From contig CAXHZO010000019.1 of NCBI GenBank assembly GCA_964022095.1, forward strand, positions 1 through 46,429: DNA of 46,429 nucleotides, given 5' to 3'. The stretch's first letter is position 1, and every line of letters begins with the position of its first letter. This document shows, piece after piece, positions 1 to 7,988 of the stretch. The notes beneath the pieces are model-generated. The model ran no database searches, was not told where the DNA came from, and worked only from the letters and a program-made list of their open reading frames with translations. The translations under genes and the position numbers were made by a program. Source of the DNA: an uncultured Arcobacteraceae bacterium (GTDB lineage: Bacteria > Campylobacterota > Campylobacteria > Campylobacterales > Arcobacteraceae).

Positions 1-91
1 CTGAACCACCTGAACCAGTATCGCCACCATCTGAACCACCTGAACCAGTATCGCCACCATCTGAACCACCTGAACCAGTATCACCACCATC
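1..91. repeat. 30-bp tandem repeat, at least 3 copies, encoding DGGDTGSGGS on the minus strand
   Basis: ctgaaccacctgaaccagtatc(g/a)ccaccat starting at 1, 31 and 61. Confidence 0.97.
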
Positions 92-694
92 AGGATTATC
101 TAATTTTTCACAACCTCCACCAATAGACATAAAATAACCATCATTACAAGTGCCGTCAGGATTAGTTGAAGGGTCATTAGTACATGAACCATCTATCAAT
201 TGAAAACCAGTTGAACAATCGGGAGTACCATCTTCGTTGAAGCCATCAGAATTTTCAGGTGTAACATCACAAGTACCATTATTATTAGAGTAACCATCAT
301 TACAAGCGATTGAACCATCTTCGTTAAAAAAACCATTATCGGGATTAGGATAATAAACGTCATAAGTACCATCACTTAAACATGTAAATTTACCAATATC
401 AGATACCAAATCAGCAGTACAAGAAGGAGTATTAGTATCGTAATAACCTAATTGAATAGTAAATAATATACCACCAACGCGATATTTCCAAGTAGCAGAA
501 GATTCAACATAACCTTCATATTTTATATGTCCGTGGGCAGAACCCCAAGGAGTAGTAGAAATCTTATTTTTAGGATTGATAAGCCTAACATAAAATGTAA
601 CAAAATCTTGGTCACTCATTTGCTCAAAGCTAGACCAACCACCCGAAAAAGAAAAAGTATAAAATGTAATTAGTATTAATAATATTTTTTTCAT
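1..694 (-). CDS. pIII-like adsorption/minor coat protein, 3'-truncated by window edge (not in ORF track)
   Basis: Manual translation from ATG 694: MKKILLILITFYTFSFS signal peptide, Cys-paired modules (CNDGYSNNNGTC, CSTGFQLIDGSC, CNDGYFMSIGGGC), then (DGGDTGSGGS)n linker; open to base 1. Confidence 0.85.
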   Translation of the reverse strand, partial: MKKILLILITFYTFSFSGGWSSFEQMSDQDFVTFYVRLINPKNKISTTPWGSAHGHIKYEGYVESSATWKYRVGGILFTIQLGYYDTNTPSCTADLVSDIGKFTCLSDGTYDVYYPNPDNGFFNEDGSIACNDGYSNNNGTCDVTPENSDGFNEDGTPDCSTGFQLIDGSCTNDPSTNPDGTCNDGYFMSIGGGCEKLDNPDGGDTGSGGSDGGDTGSGGSDGGDTGSGGS

Positions 695-697
695 AAT

Positions 698-820
698 CTA
701 ACTTTTGATTAAGGCCATAGAACCAAATAAAGGAACTAAGATAAGTGCCATATTGAAAAATATTGAAAAGAAATAATCAAAAACTATATCGTTAGTTAAT
801 TCTATGATAATTAAAGACAT
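698..820 (-). CDS. 40-aa single-TM phage protein (pVII/pIX-like minor coat candidate)
   Basis: MSLIIIELTNDIVFDYFFSIFFNMALILVPLFGSMALIKS*; TAATG overlap with the upstream gene, ends 3 nt before the pIII-like ATG. Confidence 0.75.
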   Translation of the reverse strand: MSLIIIELTNDIVFDYFFSIFFNMALILVPLFGSMALIKS

Positions 821-966
821 TATTTAGAACCTATATTAATTGCAATATAACAAGAAAAGAAAAGGAATGTAAAACCTACAAAAGAACCAGTTAAAGCCAT
901 TAAAAAATTATAATGCTCTAATGATAAACCTAAATAACTACTAATATCAGTAGATGAATATTGCAT
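820..966 (-). CDS. 48-aa single-TM phage protein (minor coat candidate)
   Basis: MQYSSTDISSYLGLSLEHYNFLMALTGSFVGFTFLFFSCYIAINIGSK*; TAATG overlaps at both ends. Confidence 0.75.
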   Translation of the reverse strand: MQYSSTDISSYLGLSLEHYNFLMALTGSFVGFTFLFFSCYIAINIGSK

Positions 967-1091
967 TAATTACCCCTTGCTATATCAATAGCTGATTTAA
1001 TACCAACTAAAACAAAATAAAAAGCAGTTAAAGAACCACATATAGTAAATATATTTTGCGATGAAATATAAAAAGTTTCTAATATTTCCAC
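966..1091 (-). CDS. 41-aa single-TM phage protein with coat-like C-terminus
   Basis: GTG start after AAAAGG; MEILETFYISSQNIFTICGSLTAFYFVLVGIKSAIDIARGN*. Confidence 0.72.
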   Translation of the reverse strand: MEILETFYISSQNIFTICGSLTAFYFVLVGIKSAIDIARGN

Positions 1092-1122
1092 TTTTAAACC
1101 TTTTTGAAAAAAACTTAAAAAT

Positions 1123-1156
1123 AAAAAAAGCCTAGAAGATTTAAACCCTCTAGACT
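1123..1156 (-). terminator. Intrinsic terminator after the major coat gene
   Basis: Minus strand AGTCTAGAGGG-TTTAAA-TCTTCTAGGCT followed by a T-run; the G-U pairs form only on this strand. Confidence 0.8.
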
Positions 1157-1183
1157 TAAAATTAAAAAAGCAAAGAAAAGCTA

Positions 1184-1300
1184 TTATCTAGCCATTCCAA
1201 TAGCTCTTTTAACACCCCATAAAACACCAGTACCAGTAAGTACAAGTACACCAACTGCAACTGCATCAGCAGTATTAAAAACTAAGTTAGTTAAGTCCAT
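1184..1300 (-). CDS. 38-aa major coat protein candidate (pVIII-like, no signal peptide)
   Basis: Strong RBS AAAGGAG; MDLTNLVFNTADAVAVGVLVLTGTGVLWGVKRAIGMAR* has acidic N-terminus, Gly/Ala/Val TM segment and basic C-terminus; double stop then terminator. Confidence 0.85.
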   Translation of the reverse strand: MDLTNLVFNTADAVAVGVLVLTGTGVLWGVKRAIGMAR

Positions 1301-1328
1301 TCCGTCTCCTTTCAAAAGATATAGGTAT

Positions 1329-1554
1329 TAGGCTATAAACCTAAAAAGCTTATATATAAGCTAAGTAGAATAATCAAAGAGGATTACTCTATAAAACTTA
1401 TTACTCAGTTAGAGTTGAGTCAAATTTTCATTAATAGGAAACAAAACTATCAACTCTAGACCTATTTTTACAGTTAGAAGAATCATAAAAAAAGACTCAC
1501 ATTCTGTAAAAATAGGTTAAAGTGGGGACTTACTGAAGTACGGAACATGCCCCA
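1329..1554 (-). other. Non-coding array of stem-loops (candidate origin, packaging signal or structured RNA)
   Basis: 16-bp palindrome 1347-1362; stem 1366-1391; 9-bp IR 1410-1418/1450-1458; 14-bp perfect IR 1460-1473/1504-1517; TGGGG/CCCCA 1523-1554. Confidence 0.6.
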
Positions 1555-1558
1555 AAAA

Positions 1559-1930
1559 TTACTTTATTGATAAAATTTCGTTTTCATCTTGAACTGTTAC
1601 AGATTGACCATCAGTTAGGTTATATTTAATTAATAAATCTTGTGAAATCATTTCATTATATTTTTTAACTAATGCAGGTAATTTATCATCTTCTGTAGGT
1701 ATTCTAATAATCACAGAATTAGCTTTTATAGTAGGTAATTGCATACCGTTTACTTCTTTATAGAAAGTATCTTTAATAATAAATTTTAATTTAATTGAAG
1801 CACCATAATTTGATTTTGCTTGAGTTTGTCTATCTACCATTACACCACTAGCGACAAAGTCTACACCGTCTAAGTGTGCAAAGATATAATTTCCATGTTG
1901 AGTAAGTTCAGTTTTTTTAATGTTAGACAT
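1559..1930 (-). CDS. Probable phage ssDNA-binding protein (pV-like)
   Basis: 123 aa, soluble, beta-rich pattern, RBS AAGGA, directly upstream of the coat gene; function inferred from position only. Confidence 0.55.
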   Translation of the reverse strand: MSNIKKTELTQHGNYIFAHLDGVDFVASGVMVDRQTQAKSNYGASIKLKFIIKDTFYKEVNGMQLPTIKANSVIIRIPTEDDKLPALVKKYNEMISQDLLIKYNLTDGQSVTVQDENEILSIK

Positions 1931-2096
1931 TGATTTTTCCTTTTTTGTAATCTTTTTTAAGCCCTTTAGAGCCGACTATATATTTATAACCTCATTTAAC
2001 ATTTGTATACTTATAGAGATAAAATAAGTATATGTATCAAAAATGATATTTTATTGATACGATTTTTTGATAAAATATAAGTTTGAACATATTGTA

Positions 2097-2174
2097 TAAA
2101 CCAATTTGTTAATTATCAAGTGAATTATATACAAATATGTTTAGTTTGTCAATAAAAATAAACAAATATGTTAA
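2097..2174. promoter_or_regulatory. Three 16-bp quasi-palindromic operator candidates at 31-bp period
   Basis: taaaccaatttgttaa (2097), tatacaaatatgttta (2128), taaacaaatatgttaa (2159). Confidence 0.75.
2124..2152 (-). promoter_or_regulatory. Consensus sigma70 promoter for the phage operon
   Basis: Minus strand TTGACA (2152-2147), 17-bp spacer, TATAAT (2129-2124). Confidence 0.85.
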
Positions 2175-2182
2175 GGAAATTT

Positions 2183-2515
2183 ATGAATTTTGGAAATAGA
2201 CTAATAGAAGTTCGAGAAATACTAGGTTTTAATCAAAACGAATTTGCAGAAAAGTTAAATTTAGCACCACAATCATTAGTTAGATATGAAAAAAACAAAG
2301 TAAAACCTAATATTGAGTTCATCGAAAAATTAACAAATATGTTTAGTGTTAATTCAAATTGGTTATTAACGGGAAAAGGTAAATTAATTATAAAAAATGA
2401 AGAAGAAACAGATTTTAAATCAGAAATTTTAGAAATTTTAGAAAATTTTTCAAAAAAAGAATTAGAATACTTTTATTACCTAATGAAAGCAGAAAATACA
2501 AAAATAAATAAATAA
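2183..2515 (+). CDS. XRE/Cro-CI HTH phage repressor
   Basis: GNRLIEVR..NQNEFAEKL..SLVRYEKNK.KP..NWLLTGKG; RBS AAGGA favours ATG 2183 over 2168. Confidence 0.9.
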   Translation: MNFGNRLIEVREILGFNQNEFAEKLNLAPQSLVRYEKNKVKPNIEFIEKLTNMFSVNSNWLLTGKGKLIIKNEEETDFKSEILEILENFSKKELEYFYYLMKAENTKINK

Positions 2516-2611
2516 GAATGTATATAATACAAATAAAAAAATCACAGTAAAAAAATTTTAATTATTAATTTATAAAAATAAGAATACAATCCCCTAAAAA
2601 AAGGGGGAAAT

Positions 2612-2935
2612 ATGAAAAAATTATTATTATTAAGTTTAATTGGAAGTGGATTACTATTTGGAGATTATAATTCTACAACTTTTAAAAGAGCAAAAGAAAA
2701 CAATCAAAATAATTATAATAAATCTAACTCAATACGTATAAATGGATATATATACAATGTAAGAGAATATAGAGACTATAATGAAATAAGTATAGAAACA
2801 AAAGAACACGGAAGAATAAGATTCAAATCTAAAAGACGATACAAAGAAGGACATAAAGTAAGTGGTTCTTGTTTTAACGAAGAGTATGGATATTATAAAA
2901 GTTGCTATTTAACTCAAGGTAAAAAAATAAGATAA
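2612..2935 (+). CDS. Small secreted hypothetical protein (probable phage accessory gene)
   Basis: 107 aa, signal peptide MKKLLLLSLIGSGLLFG, basic, two C-terminal Cys; RBS and TACAAT -10 upstream. Confidence 0.65.
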   Translation: MKKLLLLSLIGSGLLFGDYNSTTFKRAKENNQNNYNKSNSIRINGYIYNVREYRDYNEISIETKEHGRIRFKSKRRYKEGHKVSGSCFNEEYGYYKSCYLTQGKKIR

Positions 2936-3110
2936 GAATGTTACAAAAAATGAGACAAAAATACTAAATAATACAAGATAATATTAATCAAAGTGATAAA
3001 ACTATTAACATTCTTTAGTATTTAGTAATATACATTTATATTTATGTATTTTATAGCTTATTTTAGATAAAATGTGACCTTAAAATTAATGACAATCATA
3101 GGATAATTTG

Positions 3111-4349
3111 ATGAGTAAAAAAGATATTAACAAAGTAGTATTAGCTTATAGTGGTGGGCTTGATACTTCAATTATATTAAAATGGCTTCAAGACGAATAC
3201 AATGCAGAAGTAATTACATTTACTGCTGACTTAGGTCAAGGTGAAGAAGTTGAACCAGCAAGACAAAAAGCATTAGACTGTGGAATTAAACCAGAAAATA
3301 TTTTTATTTTAGATATTAAAGAAGAGTTCGTAAAAGATTATGTTTTCCCAATGTTTAGAGCAAATGCAATTTATGAAGGTGAGTATTTATTAGGTACTTC
3401 AATTGCAAGACCATTAATCGCTAAAAAATTAGTTGAAATTGCAAATGAAAAAGGTGCAGAGGCTGTATCTCATGGTGCAACTGGAAAAGGTAATGACCAA
3501 GTAAGATTTGAGATTGGTGCATTAGCATTAAAACCAGATGTAAAAGTTATCGCACCTTGGAGAGAATGGGACTTAAACTCAAGAGAAAAACTATTAGGAT
3601 ACGCAAAAGAGCATGGAATTGAAATTGCACAAAAGCACGTTGATGCAGATGGTAATCCAGCAGTAAGTCCATACTCAATGGATGCAAACTTATTACATAT
3701 TTCTTATGAAGGTTTACATTTAGAAAACCCAAATAATGAAGCTGAAGATTCAATGTGGTTATGGACAAACTCTCCTGAAGAGGCTCCTGATGAAGCTGAA
3801 TATATCACTATTGGATATAAAAATGGAGATCCTATTTCTATAAATGGCGTTGAAATGTCACCAGCTACACTATTGGAGTCATTAAACAAACTAGGTAATA
3901 AACATGGTATTGGAAGAATTGATATAGTTGAAAACAGATATGTTGGTATGAAAGCTCGTGGTTGTTATGAAACTCCAGGTGGAACTATCATGTTAAAAGC
4001 TCACAGAGCGATTGAATCAATCTGTTTAGATAGAGAAGAAGCTCACTTAAAAGATGAGTTAATGCCTAAATATGCTAAATTAATTTATCAAGGATATTGG
4101 TTCTCACCAGAAAGAGAAATGCTTCAAGTAGCAATTGATAAAACTCAAGAAAATGTAGAAGGTACAGTTAGATTAAAACTATACAAAGGTAATGTAATGG
4201 TTGCAGGTAGAGAATCTGTTAATTCATTATATTCAGAAGAACACTCTACTTTTGAAGAAGATGAAGTATATAACCAAAAAGATGCAGAAGGATTTATTAG
4301 ACTTAATGCATTAAGATTTATCATCGCAGGTAAAAAGAAAAACAAATAA
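3111..4349 (+). CDS. argG: Argininosuccinate synthase
   Basis: [32 protein letters not shown]. Confidence 0.98.
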   Translation: MSKKDINKVVLAYSGGLDTSIILKWLQDEYNAEVITFTADLGQGEEVEPARQKALDCGIKPENIFILDIKEEFVKDYVFPMFRANAIYEGEYLLGTSIARPLIAKKLVEIANEKGAEAVSHGATGKGNDQVRFEIGALALKPDVKVIAPWREWDLNSREKLLGYAKEHGIEIAQKHVDADGNPAVSPYSMDANLLHISYEGLHLENPNNEAEDSMWLWTNSPEEAPDEAEYITIGYKNGDPISINGVEMSPATLLESLNKLGNKHGIGRIDIVENRYVGMKARGCYETPGGTIMLKAHRAIESICLDREEAHLKDELMPKYAKLIYQGYWFSPEREMLQVAIDKTQENVEGTVRLKLYKGNVMVAGRESVNSLYSEEHSTFEEDEVYNQKDAEGFIRLNALRFIIAGKKKNK

Positions 4350-4358
4350 AACTTCTAT

Positions 4359-4386
4359 AAAGGGTGAAATTTATTTCACCCTTTTA
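4359..4386 (+). terminator. Intrinsic terminator after argG
   Basis: aaagggtgaaat-tt-atttcacccttt. Confidence 0.85.
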
Positions 4387-4452
4387 TTATTTTGTTGCTA
4401 AATTGTAATCTTTAAGTATTATTATTATTTCACTTTAACTGTGGAATTAATA

Positions 4453-5565
4453 ATGCAATATCTAAAACATTTAGAACAAATTATAAATATAAACTCATAT
4501 ACTAAGAATAAACAAGGTGTAGATAAAGTTGGAAAGCTCATGTCTACATGGCTTGAACAATTAGATTTTATTACTACTGTTTATAAAAGAAAAGATATCG
4601 GTAATCATATTTTATATAAATCCCAAAAAACTATAGGTACAAAAATACTACTTTTAGGACACAACGACACAGTATTTCCACCTAACTCTTTTGAAGGTTT
4701 TTCTAAAGATGCTAGATGGGTTTATGGACCTGGAGTTTGTGATATGAAAGGTGGTAATATTGTTGCACTTCAATCTCTCAGAAATATTTTTGAGCAAAAT
4801 GGGAAAATCGAAAATATAGACTTTTTGCTTGTTAGTGATGAAGAAACAGGTAGTGATGATTCGAAATTTCTTACCAAAGAGTTAGCAAAAAATTATGATA
4901 TATGTTTTGTTTTTGAAGCTGCTGGTGCAAACTTAGAAATTGTAACTGCAAGAAAAGGCGTTGGAACATTTAAAATTAATATATCAGGAGTTGCAGCTCA
5001 TGCAGGAAATAATTATGACAAAGGTAGTGATGCAAACTTAGAAGCTAGCTATAAAATACAAGAGCTTGTAAAGCTTACAAACTTAAAACTAGGAACCACT
5101 ATTAATGTAGGAAAAATCAATGGTGGAGTTGGAGCTAATACTATCTCTCCAAATTGTGAACTTCTATTAGAAGTTAGATATACAACAATAGATGAGAAAC
5201 GAAGAGTTTTAAAATCAATAGAAAAAATAACAAATACATCATATGTAAAAAATACTACTTCTAAATTAACTGGTGATATTCAAAGAGATGTAATGGAAGA
5301 GAGTTACAAACAACTACAATTAATTAAACAAATTGAAAAAATCAGTCAAACAAAAATATTTGCAGAAAAAAGAGGTGGAGTTAGTGATGCAAATATTGTA
5401 TCAAATTGTGAAGTTACTACCTTAGATGGATTTGGCCCTTTTGGTGATGGTGATCACACACTAAAAGAAAGAGCTTTAATTACAAGTTTTGAACAAAGAA
5501 TACAACTCATGACAAAAATTTTAAATCATTATCAAATATCAACTCAACAAAAGGAATATAATTAA
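4453..5565 (+). CDS. M20 metallopeptidase, glutamate carboxypeptidase (CPG2)-like
   Basis: GHNDTVF, GVCDMKGG, DEETGS, GGVSDAN, GDHT; no signal peptide; start could be GTG 4441. Confidence 0.9.
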   Translation: MQYLKHLEQIININSYTKNKQGVDKVGKLMSTWLEQLDFITTVYKRKDIGNHILYKSQKTIGTKILLLGHNDTVFPPNSFEGFSKDARWVYGPGVCDMKGGNIVALQSLRNIFEQNGKIENIDFLLVSDEETGSDDSKFLTKELAKNYDICFVFEAAGANLEIVTARKGVGTFKINISGVAAHAGNNYDKGSDANLEASYKIQELVKLTNLKLGTTINVGKINGGVGANTISPNCELLLEVRYTTIDEKRRVLKSIEKITNTSYVKNTTSKLTGDIQRDVMEESYKQLQLIKQIEKISQTKIFAEKRGGVSDANIVSNCEVTTLDGFGPFGDGDHTLKERALITSFEQRIQLMTKILNHYQISTQQKEYN

Positions 5566-6494
5566 TGGCAAAAAGAAAAATTGGTATGTGGCTGTATCAA
5601 AATGGTGGTGGAGAAAGAATTCAAAATAAAATGATAAAGCAACTTAAAGAAAGAGATATAGAAATAATTCCCAATCTCAATCTAAGAGATGCCATAGCAA
5701 AAAATGATCACATAATTTATGACATTGATAATGCAAATATAAAACTGGATAAACTTGATTTATTTTTTTCTTATAATGCAGGGGAACAAACACCTTATCA
5801 AACTTTTTTATACAAAGCTTTAAATAGAATCGTGCCAATGATAAACTCATATAATGCATTTGAACTAACAGAAGATAAATTTCAAACTTCATTTTTTTTA
5901 AGACAACATGGTATTAAAACAGCTGACTATAAATTATGTCATAGAGATGATGTACATAGACTTAGCGATGTTATGAAAAAATGGAAGAAAATGGTTTATA
6001 AACCAACAGATGGTTGGGGAGGTATTGGTCTTACCAAAATTGAAAGTGAAGAGTCACTTGATATGTTAATTCCTTTTTTAAATCAAGTAAATCTTAAATA
6101 TTTTTATGTGGAAAAATTTATTGATTATGATAATACAGATTATAGAGTAGAAATAGTAGATGGTAAGTTTGTAGGTTGTTATGGAAGAAAAGCTGCAAAA
6201 GGTCATTGGAAAACAAATATAACAAGTGGTGGGAGTGTATTTTTAAGAGAACCTAATGATGAGATCATAGAACTTGCAAAAAAAGTCACTAAATTAACTG
6301 GCTTAGATATTGCGGGCGTTGATATTATCTATGATAGAAAAAAAGAAGAATACGTAGTATTAGAAATCAATGGTATTCCTGCTTTTGCAACTCCTGAGCA
6401 AGAAAAGATGGGTTTAGATTTCAATAGTAAAAAGATTGAACTAATTGTTGATTTAATTGATAAAAAAACTAAAAATAAAGGACTATACAAATGA
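5565..6494 (+). CDS. RimK/LysX-like ATP-grasp ligase
   Basis: EDKF, YKPTDGWGG, DYRV, WKTNITSGG, AGVDII..LEINGIP. Confidence 0.9.
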   Translation: MAKRKIGMWLYQNGGGERIQNKMIKQLKERDIEIIPNLNLRDAIAKNDHIIYDIDNANIKLDKLDLFFSYNAGEQTPYQTFLYKALNRIVPMINSYNAFELTEDKFQTSFFLRQHGIKTADYKLCHRDDVHRLSDVMKKWKKMVYKPTDGWGGIGLTKIESEESLDMLIPFLNQVNLKYFYVEKFIDYDNTDYRVEIVDGKFVGCYGRKAAKGHWKTNITSGGSVFLREPNDEIIELAKKVTKLTGLDIAGVDIIYDRKKEEYVVLEINGIPAFATPEQEKMGLDFNSKKIELIVDLIDKKTKNKGLYK

Positions 6495-7984
6495 AAAAAC
6501 TCCCAAAAATTGGATTACTATATTTAGATTATGTATTAAGATTTTTTGATAAATCTAACTTCAAAGGTTGGCCAGATAAGATTGAAACTGTTACTTACCA
6601 CTGGAAAAATGATAAAAAAAGATTTATAAAAGAAATTAAGAGAAAAAAAATAGATGTTTTAGTTGGTAATATCCCTGCAACTGCATATGAAACTTTTGTT
6701 GAAATTTCTAAAGAATTACCAAATGTAAGATTTGTACCTTCACTTCAATCACAATTTTCAAATAAATCAAAAGAAAATGTAACTTTATTTTGTGAAAAAT
6801 ATAATTTATCAATTCCAAAAACAAAAATCTATTATGATAAAGAAAAAGGAATGAAATATTTAAAAAACAGAGCTTCTTACCCACAGATTATAAAAAGAAG
6901 TTATGGGCCATCTAATTATGGAGGATATTATGTACACAAAGTTGATAATTTCAAAGAAGCTAAAAATCTGCTAGAAAAGAAAAAATATACTCCAATTTAT
7001 ACTCAAAATGCAATTGATCTTAAAGACTCTGGTGATATTAGAGTTATGTTAATTGGACATAAGCCAGTATGTGCATTCTGGAGATATTCAGGTAAAGATC
7101 AATGGATTACAAATACTAGCCAAGGTGGTAGTATGAGTTATAAAAATATTCCAATGAATGCATTAGAACTTGCAGTAAAAGCAAGTAAAGCAGCAAAAGC
7201 TGAATACTTTGCTTGTGATATTGCTATTGATGCAAAAACTTCTAAAGCATATATTTTAGAGTGTGCAACTGCATTTGCAGCATTTCCTTATATTAGAGAT
7301 TGGATTTGTCAATATATTATGTGGGATTTATCAAATGGAAAATTTAAAAAACCTCACGTGCCATTATTTTCGTGGGAAGAATTAGGAAATGTAGATTCTT
7401 CATTACTTAGAACATTAAGACATATAGGATTTAGTAAATATAAACCTAGCTATGATGGAGAATATTACTTAAATGATGCAAAAAAAACATTTGATATGGA
7501 ATTAACGCAAGAGAGTTTATTAAGTGATATCCCAAAAAGTATTGCTTCAGAAATTTCAGCATCTAATAAACAAAATGAATCTAAAAAACTTGAATTAAAA
7601 AAAATAAATTTAAATAATGCAAACCTTACAGACTTAATGACTCTGCAAGGAATGGAAGATGAGTTAGCAATAGAAATGGAAATATATTTAAAAGATAATG
7701 TTATTACAGATACATCTGATCTTTTAGAGCTAGAATCTATAGATGAGCAAATGATTAAAGCTTGGGACCAAAATATTGAAGATATGAGAGTTGATATAAA
7801 TAATACAAATATAAAAACACTAAAAAAGATAAATGGTATTGGTACAAAACTGGCTACTATAATTATTGATTATAAAAAAGGTGTAAAAACTATTAAATCA
7901 ATTAATGAGTTAAAAAAACTTGAGGGAATTGGGAAAAATAAATTTGCACAATTAAAATCAAGATTAAAAGTTTTAGGAGAATAG
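6491..7984 (+). CDS. ATP-grasp ligase-like domain fused to C-terminal ComEA-type helix-hairpin-helix repeats
   Basis: GDIRV, WITNTSQGG, ACDIAI..ILEC; C-terminal INLNNA..LMTLQGM, DINNT..LKKINGIGTKLA, LKKLEGIGKNKF. Confidence 0.85.
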   Translation: MKKLPKIGLLYLDYVLRFFDKSNFKGWPDKIETVTYHWKNDKKRFIKEIKRKKIDVLVGNIPATAYETFVEISKELPNVRFVPSLQSQFSNKSKENVTLFCEKYNLSIPKTKIYYDKEKGMKYLKNRASYPQIIKRSYGPSNYGGYYVHKVDNFKEAKNLLEKKKYTPIYTQNAIDLKDSGDIRVMLIGHKPVCAFWRYSGKDQWITNTSQGGSMSYKNIPMNALELAVKASKAAKAEYFACDIAIDAKTSKAYILECATAFAAFPYIRDWICQYIMWDLSNGKFKKPHVPLFSWEELGNVDSSLLRTLRHIGFSKYKPSYDGEYYLNDAKKTFDMELTQESLLSDIPKSIASEISASNKQNESKKLELKKINLNNANLTDLMTLQGMEDELAIEMEIYLKDNVITDTSDLLELESIDEQMIKAWDQNIEDMRVDINNTNIKTLKKINGIGTKLATIIIDYKKGVKTIKSINELKKLEGIGKNKFAQLKSRLKVLGE

Positions 7985-7988
7985 TCTT

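Larger units (their letters stand above)
1..2940. mobile_element. Partial integrated filamentous phage (inovirus-like prophage); continues beyond the left edge; right boundary approximate
   Basis: Minus-strand order SSB-like gene, small coat gene, terminator, three tiny TM genes, signal-peptide Cys/Gly-rich pIII-like gene, with a divergent XRE repressor. Zot/pI, Rep and att site are not visible in the window. Confidence 0.85.

Noticed and set aside
1-91. 30-bp repeats as a CRISPR array
   Set aside because: Head-to-tail with no spacers, and in frame within a coding region
2591-2606. CCCCT/AGGGG hairpin sequestering the RBS
   Set aside because: The TACAAT -10 at 2585-2590 would start transcription inside the stem, so it is probably not in the mRNA
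2936-3107. dif/XerH or tRNA attachment site for the prophage
   Set aside because: No recognisable dif-like palindrome or tRNA fragment; the other prophage end is outside the window
4453-6494. LysW/ArgW-type carrier pathway or graspetide RiPP cluster
   Set aside because: No small acidic carrier or precursor ORF, kinase or reductase in the operon
7590-7984. Separate comEA competence gene
   Set aside because: In frame with the ATP-grasp domain, with no signal peptide or membrane anchor
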